From Nanobdellota archaeon (GTDB lineage: Archaea; Nanobdellota; Nanobdellia; Woesearchaeales; JAHWHD01), in the NCBI GenBank assembly GCA_034722435.1, contig JAYENX010000056.1, positions 9,181-59,327 of the forward strand: DNA of 50,147 nt, read 5' to 3'. The translations under genes were made by a program, and so were the position numbers. Positions 9,627 through 18,574 of the stretch are shown piece after piece. Position 1 is the stretch's first letter; every line of letters begins with the position of its first letter. A model generated the notes under the pieces. The model was given only the letters and a program-made list of their open reading frames with translations, made no database searches and had not been told where the DNA came from.

Positions 9627-10067
9627 TTATTCTAGATCGTGAAAATCTGAATGTACTTTGTAAACCTTTAAACCATGGGCGGTTGCAATCTTTTCAAGTT
9701 CTTTAAATTCAGGATCTGATTCGGAGAGTTGACAAAATGGTCTTACTTCGATAAAAGAGTTCTCAATATCTGGCACGTGTAAAGGATAAACTCTACAGCC
9801 TTTGGGTCTTATATTGTGAATCTTACAAAGTCTTGTTGTTTTATCATACTGGGGGCAAATACCTTCATCAAACATATAATATTCCTTAGAAATTTTGTAT
9901 TTAGCAGAGTTATCAGGGACATTTCCGAGAAGGGTTACGAGTTCTTCAAAAGTAAGAAGCATTTCCATTAAACTTAAGTCGCAACAAGTATCTTTACATT
10001 TAGTTAGGCAATAAGGGCTTAGATATTCCTTTTTCCATTGTTCAATATCTTTAATTAAATCAGGCAT
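9627..10067 (-). CDS. YkgJ family Cys-cluster (Zn/Fe-chelating) protein
   Basis: C...C...CC ... CPQY...CKIH..RP.GCRVYP pattern. Confidence 0.85.
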   Translation of the reverse strand: MPDLIKDIEQWKKEYLSPYCLTKCKDTCCDLSLMEMLLTFEELVTLLGNVPDNSAKYKISKEYYMFDEGICPQYDKTTRLCKIHNIRPKGCRVYPLHVPDIENSFIEVRPFCQLSESDPEFKELEKIATAHGLKVYKVHSDFHDLE

Positions 10068-10106
10068 GATTAAAATAATAAAAAAAATAATGATTTATAC
10101 GGGTTA

Positions 10107-11333
10107 TTATTTTGTAGGGTCTGTAACTTTCCCCATGAAAAGTATATTACCAGTATCTTTCTGCTGTATCAAGAAAATAAATGGATGATCAGCTTTGAAT
10201 TCAGTTGGCATAGCCATAGATTTTTCTATCATAATAACTGCTGTAGCAGCTGCTGCTTCTGTACCTTCCTCGTTAACTTCAACAAATGCTTGATGAATAA
10301 CCTTATCAATCTTAAGTTTAAGTGTTCCATCCATCCCTGAAAAATCGGCATCATTTGAAAAGGCCGTAGGCATACCCATTCCTATCAGATCTTCGGCCAT
10401 ATAATTTTTAGTTTCGAATTTAAACTTTGGTAAGGAGACTCGAATGTTCTGTTCTTTTAACATAGCTCGCCATTGGTTAATATTTTCAATGCTTAGTTCA
10501 GATTCAAGGTTTGTTAGATCTCCCTTTGGAAGAAGTATAAGCATGGAAAGTTCTTCACCGGAATAAGGAAGTTCAAGTATTTGTAAATCTTGTATTCCAA
10601 GATAGTTGAAATTTGCCTCCTCTCCACCAAGAGTCATCATAGGGACTGTGACAGTTTTTTCATTATTAACTTTAAAATCCTGGTCACGAGTATTGGATTT
10701 TTTAAATTTTTTCAACCAAGTACCCTTAAAATAGATTGCATTAGTTAAGACAAGTCTGGTTGCCTCCTTGAGATCGCCCTTACCAATTAAATCTTTAATT
10801 TTGTCATTAGTTTGGTCTTCAATCCAGTTGTTAATGGTTACTCGAGATTTTTCAGTTTCAGTTTTAAAATTTAAGTTAGTAACCTCACCACCATAAAATT
10901 GGTTAATAGTTGAAAAATATTCTGGTAGAAAAGTATAATCTTCCTGAGCCCATAAAGCGTTTGCCGTACTTAACTTGTATTCTTTACCTTTCTTGTTAAT
11001 TTCATTATAGATATTTGCATAAGCAGGTCTCATTATATCAATGTCAGGGTAATGAAAAACAGATTTCATTTCGTCTGCTGTTTGTCCTTTCGCGCCTTCA
11101 TATGTCATAGCTAGAGCTGTAGAAATACTGTAAGGTGAAAAGAATATGTTAGTATCAGAAATTATCTTTGAATAATAGTCAAGTGCAAACTGATTGTTCG
11201 CGTCAACTACAGCTTTGACTGCTTCAGGTGTAACAGTAGAATCGTCAACTGTCTTTGGTTGCGTACAGCCAGCAATTAAGAAAGCTGATATAATTCCGAT
11301 GATTATTAATAGTTTTAGTTTCATAAATGTCAT
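10107..11333 (-). CDS. Serpin with lipoprotein signal peptide
   Basis: Lipobox IAGC; NIFFSPYSIS, LTNAIYFKGTW, hinge EEGTEAAAAT, FKADHPFIF. Confidence 0.97.
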   Translation of the reverse strand: MTFMKLKLLIIIGIISAFLIAGCTQPKTVDDSTVTPEAVKAVVDANNQFALDYYSKIISDTNIFFSPYSISTALAMTYEGAKGQTADEMKSVFHYPDIDIMRPAYANIYNEINKKGKEYKLSTANALWAQEDYTFLPEYFSTINQFYGGEVTNLNFKTETEKSRVTINNWIEDQTNDKIKDLIGKGDLKEATRLVLTNAIYFKGTWLKKFKKSNTRDQDFKVNNEKTVTVPMMTLGGEEANFNYLGIQDLQILELPYSGEELSMLILLPKGDLTNLESELSIENINQWRAMLKEQNIRVSLPKFKFETKNYMAEDLIGMGMPTAFSNDADFSGMDGTLKLKIDKVIHQAFVEVNEEGTEAAAATAVIMIEKSMAMPTEFKADHPFIFLIQQKDTGNILFMGKVTDPTK

Positions 11334-11548
11334 TAATATCTGTGAAATATATAAACGTGTTGATAAGTTTGAAATTGGTTGAAGTTAATGTTGATGGTTA
11401 AGGGTTTGTAAAGTATTCCGATACCTTTATAAATAACCCTCGTTCAAATCATAGTATTATATAGTTAAGCATGAAGAGAGAGCATTTGTTCACAAAAAAA
11501 TAACACTTCGCTTTTTCTTAAAAAATTGCTTTTTATGAGGTAAAAATA

Positions 11549-12745
11549 ATGGAATTTAAAGATTTAAAAATAAATAGCGAGCTATTGCGCGTTATAGAAA
11601 AATTAGGGTTTACTAATCCTACAGAAATTCAAGAAGTTGCAATCCCGCACATTGTTGCAGGAAAAGATGTAATAGGAGAATCTGCAACAGGTTCAGGTAA
11701 AACGTTAGCGTTTGGAGCTGGACTTTTACGAGATATCAAAAAAGGTGCAGGAATACAAGCACTAATAATGACACCTACACGAGAACTTGCTGAGCAGGTT
11801 AAAGGTGAACTTGTCAAACTTTCAGATAGAGCTGTAAAAATTACTTCCATATATGGCGGAGTGGCAATAAACCCGCAAATGGATGATCTTACCAGAGCAG
11901 AGGTAGTAGTAGCAACACCAGGAAGATTACTTGATCATATGCAAAGAGGAACTATTGACCTGTCAAAGGTTAAAGTTCTTGTACTTGATGAAGCAGATAG
12001 AATGCTTGATATGGGATTCATAGATGATGTTGAAATAATTATCAAAGAATGTCCAAAAAATAGGCAAACGTTATTCTTCTCAGCAACAATATCAGAAGAA
12101 ATATGGAAGCTAGCTCATAAGTACATGGTAGAACCTGTCAGAGTATCCGCGAAAAGGCATGTTGACCCTAAAAAACTTAAACAAGTATATTATGATGTTC
12201 CAAGGAATCTTAAGATAGCGTTGTTGATACATCTTCTTAAAGAAGAAAGAAAGGGTTTAGTAATGGTTTTCTGTAACTCAAGAAAAAATGTTGATTTTGT
12301 GGTTAAGAACCTTAAAGTTAACGGATTGAGTGCAATAGCTATACACGGCGGTTTTTCGCAAAACAAAAGAAGTAAAACAATGGAAATGTTCAATAATGCC
12401 AAAGTTGGCGTGCTCGTATGCACTGATGTAGCTGCGCGTGGGTTACATGTAAATAATGTTTCACACGTATACAACTACGATATTCCTAAAGATCCTAAAG
12501 ATTACGTACACAGGATTGGAAGAACTGCGCGTGCAGGTGAAGAAGGTAAAGCGATAAATCTTCTCTGTGATTTTGACCATGATAACATGTCAAGAATTTT
12601 TCGTGACTACGATTTTAATATACCGAAAGAGAAACGGCCTTATCTTGAAAGAGTTACAATAAAAACTGAAAGGTCAAGTTATCCTAGAAATAATAATGGT
12701 CCTAGATTAAAACTGGGCGCGGGAAGAAGACGAAGGTATAATTGA
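11549..12745 (+). CDS. DEAD-box RNA helicase (DeaD/CshA-like)
   Basis: Q motif, GSGKT, PTRELA, TPGR, DEAD, SAT, ARGL, HRIGRTARAG. Confidence 0.97.
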   Translation: MEFKDLKINSELLRVIEKLGFTNPTEIQEVAIPHIVAGKDVIGESATGSGKTLAFGAGLLRDIKKGAGIQALIMTPTRELAEQVKGELVKLSDRAVKITSIYGGVAINPQMDDLTRAEVVVATPGRLLDHMQRGTIDLSKVKVLVLDEADRMLDMGFIDDVEIIIKECPKNRQTLFFSATISEEIWKLAHKYMVEPVRVSAKRHVDPKKLKQVYYDVPRNLKIALLIHLLKEERKGLVMVFCNSRKNVDFVVKNLKVNGLSAIAIHGGFSQNKRSKTMEMFNNAKVGVLVCTDVAARGLHVNNVSHVYNYDIPKDPKDYVHRIGRTARAGEEGKAINLLCDFDHDNMSRIFRDYDFNIPKEKRPYLERVTIKTERSSYPRNNNGPRLKLGAGRRRRYN

Positions 12746-12764
12746 AACTGGGGAAATATTTACC

Positions 12765-13136
12765 ATGAAAACAATTATTTTTATTTTATTAATAATTACA
12801 ATATTTGTAATTGGATGTTCTGAAGAAGTTGTTCAAGAAGTTCCTAGTTCTGAAGTTGTCGCTAGTGAAGATGTTATAGTTGAAAGCAATACAGTTACTG
12901 AAACAATTGAAATTTGCGATTCTTTATGCGAAAGAGATGAAGATGCTTATTGTGACGAAAAAAGAACTATCATCTTGAACGGAGTCGAAGTTGTTGGGAC
13001 GTGTAGAGCATTTTCTAAAACTGGGCATGTTGAAGGGTTTAATAGATGTGAAAGATTCTGTAAATTTTACCCTAGAGAAGGTACAGAATGTGAAGTTGAT
13101 GGACAGCTCGATATAGGCTGCGATGGTATTTTATAA
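12765..13136 (+). CDS. Cys-rich lipoprotein, unknown function
   Basis: Lipobox VIGC; eight further Cys. Confidence 0.7.
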   Translation: MKTIIFILLIITIFVIGCSEEVVQEVPSSEVVASEDVIVESNTVTETIEICDSLCERDEDAYCDEKRTIILNGVEVVGTCRAFSKTGHVEGFNRCERFCKFYPREGTECEVDGQLDIGCDGIL

Positions 13137-13151
13137 AAAAAAGAAAAAAGA

Positions 13152-14501
13152 TTATTTTTTGTAAGTTCCTATCGTAATTACAACCAAAATTGCAATTATT
13201 GAAGAAGCAAATAAAAGTCCTGGAAAAGATATTTCGGTTATAGATGAAATAAAGTTACCAGTTATCTTATTACCTATCTTCTCTTTTCGGTCAGGGTTTG
13301 CGTTTAAACCAGTCCATTCTTCCATTAACGATGGTGAACAACCTTTTTTAACATGACCGTCTCCAGCATCAAGATTTTCTGCAATCTGTTTACAAGTGCA
13401 CCCTTTAGTTGTCTGCATGTCATAAACAATACTTTGGTCATTGTTAGGTCCTGATTCGAATCTACCGAAATCCAAATTCTGTGCATACTGGTTAGGTTTA
13501 AGCTCTATACTATCAGATACAGATCCAAGGCATAAATCTTCATTACAATCGTTAAGTTCGTCATTATCAGCATCAACATTGTCAACTATGCCGTTACAGT
13601 CATTGTCAAGACCGTCACAGGATTCAGGCACAGGTGTGCCAGGAATGCAAGTATCATATTGTTGGCCATTCTGACAAGTGTATAATCCAGATTCCGCACA
13701 TTCGCCTACACCACAAAAGGTAGGTTGGTTATACCAGGATTCAACTGATCCGTCAAAAGTTTCAGGATTACAATCGTTATCAATTCCATCACAAATTTCT
13801 AAAGCGCCAGGGTGAATAGTGGCATCGTTATCATTACAATCTACAGCTCCGCAACCAATTCCTCCAGAATTATAACCGTCTCCATCATTGTCAGTGCAAG
13901 GAGGTTTTGCGTCTCCAAATATGTTATCGATATAAACAGTAGAACCGCCACTCCAATAATCTTGTTTCGCACCTATTAAGATTGTCCTGTTTGTATCGGG
14001 ACGTCTATGGTATTTATTATAATAATCGTAATCAAAATTAAATCTATAATCTTTCCACTTATTTAGTACCATTACAAAATGTTTGCTAGGTGGAGAACCG
14101 TGAACATTTCTTCGGTTAGTACCTCTATATTCAACATAACCTTTACTGTCTCTGATTAATACTCTAATAAATGAATAATACCCTCCCATCGCTGTAAGTT
14201 TCATAGGTATATCATATATATCATAGTCATCATCGAATCTGTCAACAGGTTTAATATAGCTATATGACCAGTGATATGCGGGAGAGTTTGATAATTTTAA
14301 TCCGTAATTACCATAACGGGCATAGGCCGCACCTACTTCGGCAATTGCATTTGTACATGCGCCAGGTAAAGGCGTTCCGCCACAAAAAGTTTCCCAGTTA
14401 TCCAAGTTTCCAGTCTCGAAATCTGAATTAGGAATTGGACCATATGCATAAACCGAAGTGGCCATAATTACAAAAGTTAAAAGAATTAATATTTTTTTCA
14501 T
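13152..14501 (-). CDS. Secreted, membrane-anchored protein with MopE-like 'putative metal-binding' repeats
   Basis: Likely start at 14501 (AGGAGG SD, signal peptide); DCNDNDATIHPGALEICDGIDNDC and ESCDGLDNDCNG repeats; C-terminal TM. Confidence 0.8.
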   Translation of the reverse strand: MKKILILLTFVIMATSVYAYGPIPNSDFETGNLDNWETFCGGTPLPGACTNAIAEVGAAYARYGNYGLKLSNSPAYHWSYSYIKPVDRFDDDYDIYDIPMKLTAMGGYYSFIRVLIRDSKGYVEYRGTNRRNVHGSPPSKHFVMVLNKWKDYRFNFDYDYYNKYHRRPDTNRTILIGAKQDYWSGGSTVYIDNIFGDAKPPCTDNDGDGYNSGGIGCGAVDCNDNDATIHPGALEICDGIDNDCNPETFDGSVESWYNQPTFCGVGECAESGLYTCQNGQQYDTCIPGTPVPESCDGLDNDCNGIVDNVDADNDELNDCNEDLCLGSVSDSIELKPNQYAQNLDFGRFESGPNNDQSIVYDMQTTKGCTCKQIAENLDAGDGHVKKGCSPSLMEEWTGLNANPDRKEKIGNKITGNFISSITEISFPGLLFASSIIAILVVITIGTYKK

Positions 14502-14625
14502 TTGTATATACCTCCTTTTATCAGCAGTATATTGGAGCACTGATATATAAATGTTTTTTTAAATTTTCTCATTATTAACATCACTCTCAAAAAATTTAAA
14601 AACAAGAGTCGCTTTTTAGTGTTGT

Positions 14626-15241
14626 ATGGACAATTCAAAACAAGCAAGTTCAGTATATGATAAGATCGCAAAACAATATGCAGAAGCGTTCTCAGAATCT
14701 TCAGAATATATTGACAAATTTTTAGTTTTGCTTCCTAAAAATGCAAAAGTTCTGGATTTAGGTTGCGGGGCAGGTATTGATGCGGGTTATATGACGTCTA
14801 AAGGTTTTGAAGTGATTGGGATTGATCTTTCAAAAGAAATGTTAAGATTAGCAAAACAAAAATTTCCTAAGATAGATTTCCGACAACAAGATAGTAGAGA
14901 TATAGATTTTCATGCCAACACATTTGAAGGAATTTTAGCAGCTTGTTCGTTAATTCATATTACGAAAAAAGATGTTCCTGCACTGTTAAAAAAGTTGTAT
15001 CAAATTCTGAAAAAGGACGGAACAATATATGTGGGGTTACAGGAAGGAAAATCAGAGGAGATTTTTATTGATGAACCTTTCAAGCCAGATGAAAAACTTT
15101 TTTTAAACATTATGTCTTATGATGAAATTAAAGATTTACTTATTAAAACAGGGTTTACCATTATTGAAGAAGCACAGGCATGAACCAAAAATTAAAGAAG
15201 AGCTTAAGTATTCTAAGTTATACATCATAGCTAAAAAGTAA
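14626..15241 (+). pseudogene. Class I SAM methyltransferase with apparent frameshift near the C-terminus
   Basis: VLDLGCGAG motif I; frame stops at TGA 15181-15183, while another frame encodes ...HEPKIKEELKYSKLYIIAKK ending at TAA 15239-15241. Confidence 0.65.
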
Positions 15242-15310
15242 TAAATATTCTATAAAAGAGATGTGTTTAGTTTTAGTAAATTTTATAAAAATCAGAATAT
15301 ATTCAAGAAT

Positions 15311-15730
15311 ATGGATAAAATTGTTTTAATTTCGTGCGTTAGTAAAAAACTTAATCAGAAATCCAAAGCTCAAGAATTGTATATAAGCCCGCTTTTTAAA
15401 AAGAATTTAAAATATGCAAAATCTCTAAATCCTGATAAAATCTTTATTCTTTCAGCTAAATATGGTTTATTGAAGTTAGATGAAGAAATTGAACCTTATG
15501 AAAAAACTCTTAATAAAATGCGGGTTCATGAGATAAAAGAATGGGCAGATTCTGTGTTAAATCAATTGAAAAAGTCAGTAGATATAGAAAATGATGAACT
15601 TACATTTTTAGCGGGTAATAATTATAGAAAGTTTTTACTTCCGCACATTAAGCATTATAAAATACCCATGCAAGGTTTAGGTATTGGAAAACAACTTCAA
15701 TGGTTAACCAGGAGAATTAAAAATGAGTGA
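15311..15730 (+). CDS. DUF6884/YaaA-like protein
   Basis: LISCVSKK...AQELYISPLF and IFILSAKYGLL...IEPYEKTL; likely start is the ATG at 15311. Confidence 0.7.
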   Translation: MDKIVLISCVSKKLNQKSKAQELYISPLFKKNLKYAKSLNPDKIFILSAKYGLLKLDEEIEPYEKTLNKMRVHEIKEWADSVLNQLKKSVDIENDELTFLAGNNYRKFLLPHIKHYKIPMQGLGIGKQLQWLTRRIKNE

Positions 15731-16349
15731 AAATTGTAATATGCTTCATCAATGGTTAAATGGGATGAAAAGATTCACATTTCCATTTGATAAACAAGAA
15801 ATACCTGAAAACGGAATCTACATACTATTTGAGAAAGGTGAATTTGCTCATTCAAGGGATAGGATTGTAAGGGTAGGAACGCATACTGGAGATAATAATT
15901 TAAGGTCAAGATTGAAAGAACATTTCATTAATGAAGTTAAAGACAGGAGTATATTTAGAAAAAATATTGGAAGATGTTTATTGAAAAATGATCCATTCTT
16001 GAAAGATTGGAATTTAACCCCTTTAATACGTAGTGTTAGAGAAAACAATCCACACATTGATTTTAAAAGACAAGAAAAAATAGAGAAACAAGTTTCTAAG
16101 ATTATTAGAGATAAATTTTCTTTTTCTATAATCTCCATTAAAGACAAAGATAAAAGGTTGAAAATAGAATCAAGGATTATTTCTACAGTTTCTCTTTGTA
16201 ACGAATGTAAACCTTCTAAAAAATGGTTAGGGAACTTGTCACCAAAAGAAAAAATAAGGAAAAGCGGGCTTTGGCTAGTTAACGAACTCTGGAAAATTCC
16301 TTTATCTGATAAAGATATGATAAAATTGAAAAGATGTATTAATATGTAG
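15723..16349 (+). CDS. GIY-YIG-like nuclease
   Basis: GIYILF...RVG...LRSRLKEH and later KIESRII; 8-nt overlap with the upstream gene. Confidence 0.65.
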   Translation: MSENCNMLHQWLNGMKRFTFPFDKQEIPENGIYILFEKGEFAHSRDRIVRVGTHTGDNNLRSRLKEHFINEVKDRSIFRKNIGRCLLKNDPFLKDWNLTPLIRSVRENNPHIDFKRQEKIEKQVSKIIRDKFSFSIISIKDKDKRLKIESRIISTVSLCNECKPSKKWLGNLSPKEKIRKSGLWLVNELWKIPLSDKDMIKLKRCINM

Positions 16350-16375
16350 AATTTTTAAAAGATAAAATAAAAAAG

Positions 16376-18502
16376 TTATTTATTAGCTCTATGTAAATTC
16401 TGCCGAATTGCAAATCCTAATGTGTCAGAAACTTCAGGATAATCTACACCATAGGCATTCAATATATCTATATTTCCTTGTCCAAAATATCCTTCAATCC
16501 ACCCACTTGCAGAAAAGGCCATATTAGTTTTGTACGACATCTTTCCAACATTGGCGCCTCCTTTAGCAGTCCTAGTCCAGCCCATATAGTAGAATGGCTT
16601 TATAGGATAAGGGTCTGCATTACTCTTAATTAATTCCGCAGCAAAATGTCCATGCTGATCATCATACAGTGTTTGCATTTTATCTGTTCCAGAGTCAAGC
16701 CACTTACTATGCCACTTTTGTGAAATAGCAGTTGTCCAAAACCCTCTTTCAGGTGCATGTATTGGAAAGAACACAATAACCTTAGAACCATCAGATACAA
16801 TAGTAGATAAGTTCTTGTTATTTAAATCTGTAATACTGGCCCCAGAATCTTTGTACAAATAATCTCCAAGTTCAACTTCAAAAGCTTCCATCATTAAATC
16901 ATAACCAGCAGTTGAAAGGTCATCTTTAGCATCTCCATCCGCATTAATATGTTTGGGATTTTGGAAATAAATGATAACGATCTCCTTGTCATCTTTTACC
17001 TGATCCATAAAAGCCCTTAACTGCCTCAAGGCATAATTATCATGAAATCCACCATTAAACGCAGTTTTCTTACTAAAATTTCCTAAGCCAGTTGGCGCAG
17101 TTATCCCAGCACCTAACCAATTATGATAAAAATATACTCTATCTATAGCTCCATGATAAAGCGCTCTCCAATCTTGCATTCTTACACCATGTCTAAGTTG
17201 TTCATATATTGTCAATCCTTGAGTATACTTTGAATCAATTCCAAGAACACCGCTTTCAACCAGATATTGCGAAGATAACGTATAAGCACCAGTGTCGTGT
17301 GTACTTGGGAACAAGAACTCGCCAAACGTTAAATTAGTAAAATTATATTTGTAATCGGTCATCCACTTACTCACGTCAGCATTAGGAGTATGAGTAAACT
17401 TAAAATCACCCCAATCCTGTTTATTAACTGTCATCGAATACCCAGTATAATCTTTCTCTTTCTCAGAGCAAACAACTACATCACCTACACTATTGTAATA
17501 ACTTCTACAAAAATTAGGTTCATCATTATTATCTAAAGGTGAAGGTGTTGTATAATCAGTATGGTCAAATTTATTCATTGAAACATCATTACCGTCCCAT
17601 GTAACTTTTTCTACCACATTTTGCCAACTCAAAAACTTCAAACCCATAGCATCAAATTTATCTTCAAAGACTTTGTCATTAAACACAGCATCAGGTCCAT
17701 AAACCCAACTATCATTATTGGTTAACATCCTAAATGACATTTCGTCATCACTTACAAAATCAATATAGTAACTCCAATGACTAAAACTTTTATTGTAGGG
17801 ATTAATATTTTTAAAAACATAAAAGCCATTATGCTCTCCACCAAATCTATGTATTTGACCATACCACATACCCTTATTCCAAGTTGCATAATCAATATAT
17901 GTTTTTGTAGTTCCATCAGAATATTTTAAATTAAGAACTTCAGAATCGTAAGTAACATTACCCGCATTTAAACTATCAACAAAATCTTGAATAGCAGGTC
18001 CATCATTAACAAACGAATCAGTGTGATAAACTTTTTTATCAGCTCCATCATCATGTAATTTATATTTAACCGTATCTTGATTCAAAATATAATATCCGGA
18101 ATCATCCAACTCTATTAAATCTGAAACATCATCTCCATCTTCACTGATATTATGTAACTGTTTCAAAGAATCATCTACAACAGTATTCCCAGTAATTTCA
18201 TTCTCAGAGACTTCTTTCATATCATAATGGTGTAAGTAATGTGTGCCCAAATGAAAATATTCATCACCATCATGCAACCCATCACCATCTGCATCTATAT
18301 CCAAATAATTTGGCATACCATCATTATCAAAATCGCCATTTCCTTCTATAGTATTTAATATTCCATCTCCGTCTGAATCATCGTCTTGATAATCAGGAAT
18401 TCCGTCATTATCAAAATCACCAGTGTCTTTCTGAGAACATCCAACAATTAATAATAAAAATATTGAAAATATTATAAATAATTTATATTTCATGCGATTC
18501 AC
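16376..18502 (-). CDS. Lipoprotein with Ca-binding DxDxDG repeats and C-terminal PI-PLC-like domain
   Basis: Lipobox IVGC; [10 protein letters not shown] and DIDADGDG repeats; [29 protein letters not shown]. Confidence 0.8.
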   Translation of the reverse strand: MNRMKYKLFIIFSIFLLLIVGCSQKDTGDFDNDGIPDYQDDDSDGDGILNTIEGNGDFDNDGMPNYLDIDADGDGLHDGDEYFHLGTHYLHHYDMKEVSENEITGNTVVDDSLKQLHNISEDGDDVSDLIELDDSGYYILNQDTVKYKLHDDGADKKVYHTDSFVNDGPAIQDFVDSLNAGNVTYDSEVLNLKYSDGTTKTYIDYATWNKGMWYGQIHRFGGEHNGFYVFKNINPYNKSFSHWSYYIDFVSDDEMSFRMLTNNDSWVYGPDAVFNDKVFEDKFDAMGLKFLSWQNVVEKVTWDGNDVSMNKFDHTDYTTPSPLDNNDEPNFCRSYYNSVGDVVVCSEKEKDYTGYSMTVNKQDWGDFKFTHTPNADVSKWMTDYKYNFTNLTFGEFLFPSTHDTGAYTLSSQYLVESGVLGIDSKYTQGLTIYEQLRHGVRMQDWRALYHGAIDRVYFYHNWLGAGITAPTGLGNFSKKTAFNGGFHDNYALRQLRAFMDQVKDDKEIVIIYFQNPKHINADGDAKDDLSTAGYDLMMEAFEVELGDYLYKDSGASITDLNNKNLSTIVSDGSKVIVFFPIHAPERGFWTTAISQKWHSKWLDSGTDKMQTLYDDQHGHFAAELIKSNADPYPIKPFYYMGWTRTAKGGANVGKMSYKTNMAFSASGWIEGYFGQGNIDILNAYGVDYPEVSDTLGFAIRQNLHRANK

Positions 18503-18574
18503 CTCTTTAAATGAATTATTTTATGTTTAATATATATAAATCCTATTTAATAAATTTGAAAAATATAATAAAAA

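Noticed and set aside
15181-15195. Selenocysteine or read-through at the methyltransferase TGA
   Set aside because: In-frame read-through adds only about four residues before TAA; the conserved-looking tail is in another frame
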